Below, piece after piece: positions 1-8,134 of a stretch of DNA of 64,000 nt; position 1 is the stretch's first letter; every line of letters starts with the position of its first letter. The notes under the pieces are model-generated. The model had not been told where the DNA came from. It worked only from the letters and a program-made list of their open reading frames with translations, and did no database searches. Location: NCBI GenBank assembly GCA_002688035.1, contig NZBU01000009.1:25929-89928 (forward strand), written 5' to 3'. The stretch is from Candidatus Iainarchaeum sp. Its GTDB lineage: Archaea; Iainarchaeota; Iainarchaeia; Iainarchaeales; GCA-2688035. The position numbers and the translations under genes were made by a program.

Positions 1-933
1 GTTACCCACTGCCCACTCAATGTCCTGTGGAGACTTGTAGTGCCGCTCAATCTGTTTTCCAATCTTGGCTATGTCAATTATCTGTTTGTCTGTAAGCTTC
101 TGTTTCTTTCCCATTGTCGCGGAAAGCTTTTCGCGGATATTCTCCTTGCCTTTTCTCACAATCTTGAATTCCTGCTGTGCAACTCTCTTGTCCAATAGTT
201 TTGTGCTGCCCTTATCTATAAAGTAAGTATCAGGTGTAACTGCTCCGCTCACAACAGTCTCACCCAAACCAAATGCCGCCTCTATAACTATTTGGCTTTC
301 ATCCCCTGTTGGAGAAGCAGTGAACATTACTCCTGCAACAGCACTGTCAACCATCTTCTGCACTACGGCTGAGATTCCAACCGTTTCTGTTGAAAAACCC
401 TGTTTTTTCCTGTAGTAAACTGCGCGAGCAGTAAAAAGTGAAGCCCAACAGTTTTGCACGGCCGTTACAACATTCCCCTGCCCCTTCACATTCAAATAGG
501 TTTCCTGTTGACCTGCAAAACTTGCTTCCGGCAAATCCTCTGCGGTAGCACTGCTTCTAATAGCTACATAGCATTCCTCACTGCTCGTTAGCCAAGCAAG
601 CTTTTTCTCTCCAAGCTGTTGGTAGGCGCGCTTTATCTCAATGGCCAAATCATCACTCATCAGAGTGTTCCTGATGATCTCACGAACCTCTGCGCTAACC
701 TTGTTTAATTGTTCAGTGTTCTCAACATCAATAGCATCAATCATTGGTATTATTTTCTTGCCAAGTCCGCTTTCTTCCAAATAGTTAAAATAGGCCTGCG
801 CTGTAACACAGAAACCTGGCGGAATGGGAAAATTGGCTGCAGTCATCTCTCCAAGGTTGGCTCCTTTTCCCCCAACTCTTGGAATATCCTTTTTACGGAT
901 ATTTCTAAACCACAGAATATTATCTTCAAACAT
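1..933 (-). CDS. ppsA: PEP synthase / pyruvate,water dikinase, N-terminal ATP-binding (PPDK_N) part; 5' partial, continues beyond window start
   Basis: Minus-strand translation reads MFEDNILWFRNIRKKDIPRVGGKGANLGEMTAANFPIPPGFCVTAQAYF...AIRSSATAEDLPEASFAGQQETYLNV, the hallmark N-terminal motifs of the PEP-utilizing enzyme family. The ATG is at 933..931. Confidence 0.6.
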   Translation of the reverse strand, partial: MFEDNILWFRNIRKKDIPRVGGKGANLGEMTAANFPIPPGFCVTAQAYFNYLEESGLGKKIIPMIDAIDVENTEQLNKVSAEVREIIRNTLMSDDLAIEIKRAYQQLGEKKLAWLTSSEECYVAIRSSATAEDLPEASFAGQQETYLNVKGQGNVVTAVQNCWASLFTARAVYYRKKQGFSTETVGISAVVQKMVDSAVAGVMFTASPTGDESQIVIEAAFGLGETVVSGAVTPDTYFIDKGSTKLLDKRVAQQEFKIVRKGKENIREKLSATMGKKQKLTDKQIIDIAKIGKQIERHYKSPQDIEWAVGN

Positions 934-1003
934 TTCGTAAAGAAAAACGTGTTTATTCTTTAATAATTTAACGCATTCAAAAAATTGGAGTGGCAAAAAA
1001 GAA

Positions 1004-1717
1004 CTATTTCTTTTTCTCTTCGCCTTTGGCTTCTTCTTTCTTGCCCTTGTCTTCCGTTACTTCTTCTTTACCTTCTTCCGTTGCTTTCTCTTCGCCCTCT
1101 TTTCCTTCTACCTTCTCTTCTTCCTTAGGCTTTTCCTCAATCTTGACTTCCTTAACTCTCTTTGGTTTGGTTCCAATGCTTTCAATATCGGTTCCAATCT
1201 TAACAGAGATATTACAGGTTAGTCTTGATTTGGCGCGAAGCAGAGCTTCTTTTGCAATAGTTACATTTGCTTCATCAATAAGAACACTAATAAGCTTTTG
1301 GCCAGGCCTAACTCTTGCAGCCCTTCCAATTGGTTTTCCAAAGGCCTTTGACATTCCTGTCTGGATTCTGTCTGCGTGTGCTCCCTGAGCCTGTTTGTTC
1401 TCTCGCAGGATCTGGAAAGGGTAAATACGAATTTTCATAAAATAGCCGTCTTTTCCAACGTGGTTGGTAAGGTAACGGTTTATTGCGATTCTTGCAGACT
1501 CAATGCTGTTGTCGCGAACCTGAACATGTTCGTTGGAAACAAGATCAAGAATATGTGTAAAGTTCTTCGCAGGATTTCCCATGTTAAACTGTCTGGTCCT
1601 TAGACCTGGAACAGCGCCAATATAGTTACGCCTATGCACCCTTACGGCTGTTCTAGAGTATGCTCTGTCCTTCTTTGTCCTATAGCATCTTCCTGGCCGT
1701 AAACCCATGCAAATCAC
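1004..1717 (-). CDS. rpl10e: 50S ribosomal protein L10e (uL16) with a ~65-aa K/E-rich C-terminal extension
   Basis: MICMGLRPGRCYRTKKDRAYSRTAV...NMGNPAKNF is the L10e signature. The C-terminus is KIEEKPKEEEKVEGKEGEEK...EEKKK. Confidence 0.85.
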   Translation of the reverse strand: MICMGLRPGRCYRTKKDRAYSRTAVRVHRRNYIGAVPGLRTRQFNMGNPAKNFTHILDLVSNEHVQVRDNSIESARIAINRYLTNHVGKDGYFMKIRIYPFQILRENKQAQGAHADRIQTGMSKAFGKPIGRAARVRPGQKLISVLIDEANVTIAKEALLRAKSRLTCNISVKIGTDIESIGTKPKRVKEVKIEEKPKEEEKVEGKEGEEKATEEGKEEVTEDKGKKEEAKGEEKKK

Positions 1718-1842
1718 TCTTTTTGATAAAAAAACCTGAAAATCAGGACGATTTATACTATCAATAGTGGCGGTTAAGATTTAAAAAGCTTTATCTAGCC
1801 CTGTTTTTTTACTAATGATTCAGTGTAGTTTAAAAACATTGA

Positions 1843-2490
1843 TTGCAAGCATTTAATAGTATGTTCAACAAAAAAGCCATTCTAGGTTTTCTTCTACTGT
1901 TGTTGCTGTTTGGTTGTGTACAACCAGGCCCTGAGCCGGAGCAGCCATTGCCCCAAGATACTGAGCAAGTTCAAGACCAGGAAGACCTAGAGCCAGAGCC
2001 TACTCTCGTTCGCGGCAGGGCCGAAGACCTCATTCTCTCGCTGGACGATTTTGACGAAGAATTCAAGTTCTCGCAGTTTGAAGGTGCCTACTCCGAGGAC
2101 AGCACTTTTATCCAGCAGTTCAAGACATTCTTCAAGCCACAGGCCTACCCAATAAAGCCCCTTGACGAGAATACCTTTGTTTTAACGCAAACTCTTACAA
2201 TAATAAACAGTTCAAGTGCAATTCAGGAGATTACACAGTTGTATGAAACCGAGCTTTCTACAGAAAAAGAAAAGCGCACTATCACAATTTCCGAAACCAA
2301 TTTTTTAGGCGAAAAATCGATCCTCATGGTCTCAATCCTTGAGGGAAATGACCTATATAAAGTTCTTATAATAGAGGCAAACACTTTGCATGAGCTCTCA
2401 CTTCTAACAATTGGAATGGATGAAGAGCAGGCAAAAGAAAAACTCAAATTTTACTCACAAAAGGCAGTTGAAAAAATAAAAGCGGGGTGA
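1843..2490 (+). CDS. hypothetical secreted protein, putative lipoprotein with an acidic low-complexity N-region
   Basis: There is an N-terminal hydrophobic signal followed by a lipobox-like LLFGC. The remainder is acidic and proline-rich with no recognisable domain. Confidence 0.4.
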   Translation: MQAFNSMFNKKAILGFLLLLLLFGCVQPGPEPEQPLPQDTEQVQDQEDLEPEPTLVRGRAEDLILSLDDFDEEFKFSQFEGAYSEDSTFIQQFKTFFKPQAYPIKPLDENTFVLTQTLTIINSSSAIQEITQLYETELSTEKEKRTITISETNFLGEKSILMVSILEGNDLYKVLIIEANTLHELSLLTIGMDEEQAKEKLKFYSQKAVEKIKAG

Positions 2491-2551
2491 GGGAATTGAA
2501 CCCTCTTCCTCGGCTCTGCAGGCCGGCGCATAACCATTCTGCCAACCCCGC
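2481..2551 (-). tRNA. tRNA-Cys (anticodon GCA)
   Basis: The reverse complement folds as a cloverleaf. The acceptor stem is GCGGGGT/ACCCCGC and the T-arm is GAGGG-TTCAATT-CCCTC. The anticodon loop CTGCAGA gives GCA, and the discriminator is U, which is typical of tRNA-Cys. Confidence 0.7.
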
Positions 2552-2677
2552 ACACCTTTTCTTTTTAGACAAAAAGAAAAGCTGTACCAAAAGAAAAACT
2601 TACTGAATCCTTATCGAATTTCTTTTGGATGCGTACTAAATAAATTTTTCCCTGCAAGTGTTTTTATTTGTTCCCAT

Positions 2678-2905
2678 TCAAGCGCAAGCTAGACAAAGTG
2701 CATCACCTAACTCAAACTCTTTTTGCCGTAAATCACCCCAAACAATTCTCTCGCGCACAAGCCCTTGCTCAAGCAACTTTGAAAGGTTGTAGCGAACTGT
2801 TCTCTCGGGAACTTGGCTATGCTGCACAATCTGTTTCTGAGATAGTTTCCCATGGCTGTTCAAAACACTTAGAATAAGTTCACTGGCCTTGACAAAGGCG
2901 CTCAC
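2678..2905 (-). CDS. small winged-helix (wHTH) transcriptional regulator
   Basis: KLSQKQIVQHSQVPERTVRYNLSKLLEQGLV is a helix-turn-helix plus wing pattern. It was preferred over the overlapping + strand ORF 2668..2877. Confidence 0.45.
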   Translation of the reverse strand: MSAFVKASELILSVLNSHGKLSQKQIVQHSQVPERTVRYNLSKLLEQGLVRERIVWGDLRQKEFELGDALCLACA

Positions 2906-2931
2906 TTCTTTCAGCCATAATTACTTAATGC

Positions 2932-3867
2932 TTGCTTTTCCTTAAATACTTTATGGTAGAGGCAATTCCAAAGAACACCAACTGCCTACTCGTAAAGACA
3001 AGCAGCGAAATAGCTCTCAAGAGCAATCAGGTTAGACAGTACTTTACAAAAAAGCTTGTTGCAAACATCAAGCTCTCCCTTAAGAAAAACAATATTCCTT
3101 TGGAGAAAATTACCAAGGGTGGAGGCCGCCTATATATTTTCTCTCCAGATCTCCAAGCCGTTGCCAAGATAATGCAGACTCTTGTAGGAGTTCACGCAAT
3201 AGCCCTTGCGGTAAGTACAAAATTCAAAGAACATGAGGAAATAGAAAAACTGGTTGTTGAGGAAGCAAAACAATATCTCAAAAAAGGAGATTCTTTTGCA
3301 CTGCGCGCAAAAAAGTCGGTTGAAGGTCCTCCTTCCTCAAAGCATTATGAGAACACGCTTGGTCAAGCAGTAATGGATTCAATCCAAGGTTTAATAGTGA
3401 ATCTTTCAAAACCAGAGAAACAAATTTTTATTGAAGTGCGTAAGCGCGACTTCTTTGTTTACTTTTCCAATATCCCCTGCCTACGTGGTCTGCCACTTGG
3501 AGTGGAAGGAAACGCATCATTTTTTTTTGAGGGAAAAAAAGAAGAGCTGCCAGCAGCATACCTCTTGCTCTACAGGGGCTGCAACATCTTTCCAGTCGTA
3601 GAGAAGAAGAGAGCAAAGCTTGAAGCACACATCAACAAGCTTGTTCCCTACAACTCTTATCGTGGCTTTGTTATAACAGAACAAAAGGACTCCCAAAAAC
3701 TTGTTGAGGAGAGAAAAATCCAAGCAATTGGAACAGCGGATTCAGGCACAACCGAAAAGGATTTTACAGAATATAAAAAATTCGACTCAAACCATCCGGA
3801 AGTTGTCCTAAGGCCACTACTCCTTTATCCAAAAGAACTAATCCAAGAGAAGCAAAAACTATTCTAG
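2932..3867 (+). CDS. ThiI-like THUMP-domain protein with a degenerate (SGGxDS-less) PP-loop region
   Basis: The N-terminus LLVKTSSEIALKSNQVRQYF matches the ThiI N-terminal ferredoxin-like/THUMP region. The segment GLPLGVEGNASFFFEGKKEELPAAYLLLYRGCNIFPV aligns to the ThiI stretch GLPVG..LLSGGFDSPVAAYLMMKRG, but the SGGFDS PP-loop is replaced by EGKKEE. Confidence 0.5.
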   Translation: MLFLKYFMVEAIPKNTNCLLVKTSSEIALKSNQVRQYFTKKLVANIKLSLKKNNIPLEKITKGGGRLYIFSPDLQAVAKIMQTLVGVHAIALAVSTKFKEHEEIEKLVVEEAKQYLKKGDSFALRAKKSVEGPPSSKHYENTLGQAVMDSIQGLIVNLSKPEKQIFIEVRKRDFFVYFSNIPCLRGLPLGVEGNASFFFEGKKEELPAAYLLLYRGCNIFPVVEKKRAKLEAHINKLVPYNSYRGFVITEQKDSQKLVEERKIQAIGTADSGTTEKDFTEYKKFDSNHPEVVLRPLLLYPKELIQEKQKLF

Positions 3868-4307
3868 CCGCTTACAAGAATTCCGCCAACAACTATTAGA
3901 ATTGCGCCAACTATAACCTTTAACCTGACGTCTCCTGCCGGAACCTCTTTCAACAAAATCATTCCAAGTGCAACAGCCACCAGAGTATTGGTGTTGAAGA
4001 TTGGTGTTAATCTTGCAACATCAGCGTTGTTCAACAAGGCAAAGATAACAAATAATTGTCCTATTCCCCAAAGAATTCCCGCGAGCAAGGATAGGCCGAT
4101 GGTTGTGGGGTTTGCTTTAAGATCTGGATTTGTGAATAGCATTGCAATTGCAAATACCCCAAGAATCCCTAGTGCCATGAGTACCAGCATTAGGAAAGGA
4201 TCCATTCCTTTTCCCAGCGTAATCTTGTTTAGCACTACAATGCTTCCAAAACTCAGGGAAGCTAAAATTCCATAGATTATCCAAAGTTCCATTGCCATCC
4301 ACTTCAT
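3864..4307 (-). CDS. EamA/DMT-like small membrane protein (4 TM)
   Basis: The protein is 147 aa and all hydrophobic helices, with a half-size drug/metabolite-transporter-like pattern. Confidence 0.4.
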   Translation of the reverse strand: MKWMAMELWIIYGILASLSFGSIVVLNKITLGKGMDPFLMLVLMALGILGVFAIAMLFTNPDLKANPTTIGLSLLAGILWGIGQLFVIFALLNNADVARLTPIFNTNTLVAVALGMILLKEVPAGDVRLKVIVGAILIVVGGILVSG

Positions 4308-4349
4308 TTATTAATTCTTAAACTATTTAACTCTATTGGGGTAAGAAGA

Positions 4350-5009
4350 TTGAAAATAGATCTGCATGTTCACAGTCAGTACAGCAAGGATGCTTTAAGC
4401 AAGCCGGAAAGTATAATTCGGGAAATCAAAAACAAGGGGCTTTCCGGAATTGCCATTACCGATCACAATACTGTTGATGCTTGGTCAAAACTCATTCCCC
4501 TCGCAAAGAAGGCTGGTGCGCTTGTTGTAAAAGGAGAGGAACTTAAAGTGCAGGAACAGGGCCAAACAATTGGCGAGCTCTCAGCACTCTTTTTACAAGA
4601 AGAAATAACTGTAATAGATTTTACTGAAATTGTTGATGAGGCAAAGGCACAGGATGCACTGCTCATAATTCAGCACCCCTTTGATTTGTTCCGCCACTAC
4701 TGGAAGCGCCCCGAATACTGGGAAAAGCTTAGTGGGATAGAAGCATTCAACTCACGTTGCATTTTAAATTCCTGGAACAAGAAAGCAATGGCTTTTGCCC
4801 GCGAACACAATTTTCCCGTAACTGCAGGAAGCGATGCCCACACTCCACAGGAAATAGGTCGCGCCTTTGTGGAGTGTGATGCACAAAACGAGGAAGAGCT
4901 TAGAAAAGCAATTATCAAAAAAGAAGTACATATTGCAGGAAAACTTTCCTCTCCACTAATCCACGCTTATTCTACTATAGCAAAACTTAATCTAATGCGA
5001 CCCTTCTAG
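4350..5009 (+). CDS. PHP-domain metal-dependent phosphoesterase
   Basis: The N-terminal MKIDLHVHSQYSKDA...GIAITDHNT carries the HxH and DH motifs of the PHP family. Confidence 0.65.
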   Translation: MKIDLHVHSQYSKDALSKPESIIREIKNKGLSGIAITDHNTVDAWSKLIPLAKKAGALVVKGEELKVQEQGQTIGELSALFLQEEITVIDFTEIVDEAKAQDALLIIQHPFDLFRHYWKRPEYWEKLSGIEAFNSRCILNSWNKKAMAFAREHNFPVTAGSDAHTPQEIGRAFVECDAQNEEELRKAIIKKEVHIAGKLSSPLIHAYSTIAKLNLMRPF

Positions 5010-5629
5010 GTTGCCAAACCCTTTGCAATTAAAATCCTCTGGATTGCGGAAAGATTTGTGAGAACAGCCAGACCTGCAACAACATAAATCAAGTAAAGTG
5101 GGTTTAGTGCGGCTAAAAGAATTCCAACAAAAAGGATTAGTAGTCGCTCGGCTCTTTCAAGTAACCCACCCTTTAATTCTTGCCCTTCCGGGACCAATTC
5201 CTTTTCTTTTGCAGCGGCTTTTACATAAGTGGTCATCATGCTGCCAAAAAGATAGAGGAAAATCCAGGCATATGCTGGAACGAAAACTTCGGGCAATTGT
5301 ACAAACAAGAGCCCAAAAACAATTATCACTTCAACGTAACGATCAACAATTGTGTCAAGGTATGCTCCAAATCTGCTAACAGTGCTTGTGACCCTTGCAA
5401 CAGAGCCGTCAATCAAATCTATAAAAGCGGAAACAATGAAGAAAGCCCCTGCTAACAGGAATTGTTCCTGTGTCAAATAGTACAGAGCAATAAAAGCAGG
5501 AACAAGGGAGAGCACTGTCCACTGGTTAGCGGAGAGCGGGAGTTTGCTGAAGGCAAGCCCTATTTTAACTGAGAGCTTGCCAAACCTCTCCCTCTGTTTG
5601 TAAAGTGTCATGGAATCATCTCTTTGCAA
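5006..5629 (-). CDS. CDP-alcohol phosphatidyltransferase, likely archaetidylinositol-phosphate synthase
   Basis: DGSVARVTSTVSRFGAYLDTIVDRY fits the D-G-x2-A-R-x8-G-x3-D-x3-D motif. It is multi-TM, ~207 aa, and lies next to myo-inositol-1-phosphate synthase. Confidence 0.7.
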   Translation of the reverse strand: MQRDDSMTLYKQRERFGKLSVKIGLAFSKLPLSANQWTVLSLVPAFIALYYLTQEQFLLAGAFFIVSAFIDLIDGSVARVTSTVSRFGAYLDTIVDRYVEVIIVFGLLFVQLPEVFVPAYAWIFLYLFGSMMTTYVKAAAKEKELVPEGQELKGGLLERAERLLILFVGILLAALNPLYLIYVVAGLAVLTNLSAIQRILIAKGLAT

Positions 5630-5759
5630 TAATTGTGATTCATTGTTTTTAAATTAATAGTGGAAATTCTATTGAAGTAATTAATACTGGAAATACACTC
5701 TCTTTGCAAGTGGCTTTAAAAGGCAAGAGCGAACTCTTAGTGGTGAGAGCATACTTGTT

Positions 5760-6545
5760 TTGAATGAGAGTCGATTTATAGCAAGTTACGCCAGGCAGGG
5801 ATCAGCTAAAAATGCTTTAGATAACATTAATTGGTTACCGTTGGTTAAAACAAAAGAACTAGCGGAGTTAGTGGGCTACGTTTTTGCTGACGGATCAGTC
5901 GAACATTCTTATGACAAAATAAAAATAAGGCCAAAGGGGGCAGATTTCATTTCAGACAGCTCTGTTCTGAGAAACAGAGTTCGTTTTCTCTTTAACACTG
6001 TTTTTAATGTTGAGCCTAAAGACCATTTATTTAGAAATACAAAAGGATTGAGACTAAGAAATGCCGCGGCTGCGAGAGCATTATGGTTATTGGGAATTCC
6101 AATGGGGCGGAAGGTCTCGCAGTATTATAATGTTCCCGGTTGGATAAAGATTGCTAACAAGGAAATCAAAAGCGCTTTTATAAAAGCTTATTTTGATTGT
6201 GATGCGAGTAAACCGTATAAGCTTTTCAAAAAGAAAGCGACTTTTGGCATACGCCTTACAGTAAATAAGGAGGAGGAAAAAGTGTCTAATGGGCTAGTTT
6301 TTTTAAATGCAATAAAAGAGATGCTACAAGAGTTTGAAGTGGTGTGCAATGGACCGTATGTTAGAAAATCAAAAATTTATATAAACAAAAAAGGGGTGAA
6401 AACCATTATGCTAGAATTGCTTGTTCAACGCCAACAAGCGTTTCTAAACTATTTCAAGCACATTGGTTTCACCGAACCTTCTAAAAAAGAAAAAATAAAG
6501 GAATATGCGAAAGTGATAATCTCCAATACTAATTATCGATTATAA
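5760..6545 (+). CDS. free-standing double-motif LAGLIDADG homing-endonuclease-like protein
   Basis: There are two LAGLIDADG-type motifs, LVGYVFADGSV and IKAYFDCDASK. Both retain the acidic residue at the catalytic position. The protein is 261 aa. Confidence 0.65.
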   Translation: MNESRFIASYARQGSAKNALDNINWLPLVKTKELAELVGYVFADGSVEHSYDKIKIRPKGADFISDSSVLRNRVRFLFNTVFNVEPKDHLFRNTKGLRLRNAAAARALWLLGIPMGRKVSQYYNVPGWIKIANKEIKSAFIKAYFDCDASKPYKLFKKKATFGIRLTVNKEEEKVSNGLVFLNAIKEMLQEFEVVCNGPYVRKSKIYINKKGVKTIMLELLVQRQQAFLNYFKHIGFTEPSKKEKIKEYAKVIISNTNYRL

Positions 6546-7652
6546 CTATCTTTCGCGTTTGCCTACAATAAATTCCTCTACCATTTCCCTTGCTATTGGG
6601 TCTGGATATTGTTCTTTTGGATGTTTCATTGTCCACGCTGAGATTGATGTAATGGCGCCTGAAACCCCTCTATCCAAAGCAATTTTCAATGCCCTGATTC
6701 CATCGATTGTGCATCCAGCGCTGTTTGGACTGTCTTCAACACTAAGTCTTACTTCGATGTTTACTGGAACATTTCCAAACTTCTCTCCCTCGATTCTACA
6801 GAAGCAAATCTTCTGATCTTTAATCCAAGGGATCCAGTCACTTGGTCCAATATGGATGTTATCGTCTGGTAGTGGTTCGGGCAAAACACTTTGCACGGCC
6901 TCTGTCTTTGAGATCTTCTTGAACTTTAGCCTATGGTGCCTCTTCATGTTCAAGAAGTCAGTGTTTCCACCAACATTCAACTGGTAGGTTCCATTAATTT
7001 TTACCCCCCTATCTGCAAACAGTTTTGCAAGAGTTCTGTGTGTAATTGTTGCACCAATCTGTGCCTTGATGTCATCTCCTGCACAAGGCAAACCCTTCTC
7101 AACAAACTTTTTCTCCCACTCAGCATTGCTCACAATGAAAACAGGCATGCAGTTTAGAAAAGCACAACCCGCATCCAATGCGGCTTGCGCATAGTGCTCT
7201 GTTGCCTCTTGACTTCCAACAGGCATGTAATTCATTAAAATTTCTGCACCTGAATCTTTCAAAACCTGTGTAACATCAACAGGCTTTTGGCTCTCGTCAA
7301 CTCTGAAAGACTGATCCTCAGGATACTCAGCCATGTGTTCAGCAACTCCGTCCAAAACAGGACCCTTCTGAACAACTACATCGCCCCACTTTGTAACTTC
7401 CTGAAAAATCTTTGTGTTGTTTGGTTTTTCCAAGATTGCTTTGTTCAAAGGCTTGCCGACTTTTCTTTTATCAACATCAAAAGCTGCGACAAACTCTATA
7501 TCGCTTACTTTATATCCTCCAAAAACATTGTGCATTAGGCCTGGGACAACTTCATCCCCTTCTCCAACATCTTTGTAGTATTCAACACCTTGAATCAAAC
7601 TGCTTGAACAGTTTCCGATTCCGGCGATTGCAACTTTAATTTTTCCTGGCAT
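6546..7652 (-). CDS. myo-inositol-1-phosphate synthase
   Basis: This is an NAD-binding protein with N-terminal GxGxxG (IAGIGNCSSSLIQG). Its length, spacing and overall similarity match the archaeal/bacterial MIPS family. Confidence 0.75.
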   Translation of the reverse strand: MPGKIKVAIAGIGNCSSSLIQGVEYYKDVGEGDEVVPGLMHNVFGGYKVSDIEFVAAFDVDKRKVGKPLNKAILEKPNNTKIFQEVTKWGDVVVQKGPVLDGVAEHMAEYPEDQSFRVDESQKPVDVTQVLKDSGAEILMNYMPVGSQEATEHYAQAALDAGCAFLNCMPVFIVSNAEWEKKFVEKGLPCAGDDIKAQIGATITHRTLAKLFADRGVKINGTYQLNVGGNTDFLNMKRHHRLKFKKISKTEAVQSVLPEPLPDDNIHIGPSDWIPWIKDQKICFCRIEGEKFGNVPVNIEVRLSVEDSPNSAGCTIDGIRALKIALDRGVSGAITSISAWTMKHPKEQYPDPIAREMVEEFIVGKRER

Positions 7653-7684
7653 TATATCATCACTCCCAAATCATTTTTTTTGAT

Positions 7685-7705
7685 GAAACTTTTCGGAAAA
7701 GTTTC
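7685..7705. promoter_or_regulatory. perfect 10-bp inverted repeat GAAACTTTTC-G-GAAAAGTTTC in a divergent intergenic region
   Basis: The palindrome was seen directly. It lies between the MIPS start (7652, minus) and the PadR start (7771, plus). Confidence 0.5.
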
Positions 7706-7770
7706 CAAATGTTTTACTACTGTAAAATAGTATTTTATGCTTATAAAACTTTCGCCCTTATGTATAAAAC

Positions 7771-8091
7771 ATGGCGGTTAAGGAAAGTAGAGAAATTGTA
7801 AGGCTGCGAGAAAAACTGGGCATTAAAGTGCTCTGGGTATATATTCTGTCCTTACTCAACAAGGCTCCAAGTCATGCTTATATTCTGCGAAATAAAATTG
7901 AGGAACGCTTTGGTTTTAGAACAGGAAATGTTACTGTTTATGTTGTGCTCTACAAATTAGAGGGTAGAGGCTTTGTTACTGCAAAAAGAGAGAACAATCG
8001 CAAAGTCTATACTATAACTACCAGGGGCAAAACCTTGCTCAAAGAAGCCGAGAAAGAGTTTAAGGACAAGCAGAAGCTGATTTTCTCCTAA
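7771..8091 (+). CDS. PadR-family transcriptional regulator
   Basis: YILSLLNKAPSHAYILRNKIEERFGFRTGNVTVYVVLYKLEGRGFV is a PadR-like wHTH. Confidence 0.7.
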   Translation: MAVKESREIVRLREKLGIKVLWVYILSLLNKAPSHAYILRNKIEERFGFRTGNVTVYVVLYKLEGRGFVTAKRENNRKVYTITTRGKTLLKEAEKEFKDKQKLIFS

Positions 8092-8134
8092 GGCTACAAC
8101 AATTAAAATAACAACTAGCCATAATCTGCTTGGG

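Noticed and set aside
709-963. 84-aa + strand ORF inside the PEP-synthase region
   Set aside because: It is antisense to the strongly supported minus-strand PPDK_N reading frame.
990-1388. 132-aa + strand ORF rich in Ser/Leu/Phe, antisense to rpl10e
   Set aside because: It lies entirely inside the well-supported L10e gene on the opposite strand. Its low-complexity composition is a mirror of the K/E-rich tail codons.
2668-2877. + strand 69-aa ORF overlapping the minus-strand wHTH gene
   Set aside because: The minus-strand product has a clear helix-turn-helix pattern. The + strand product has no features. Only one can be real.
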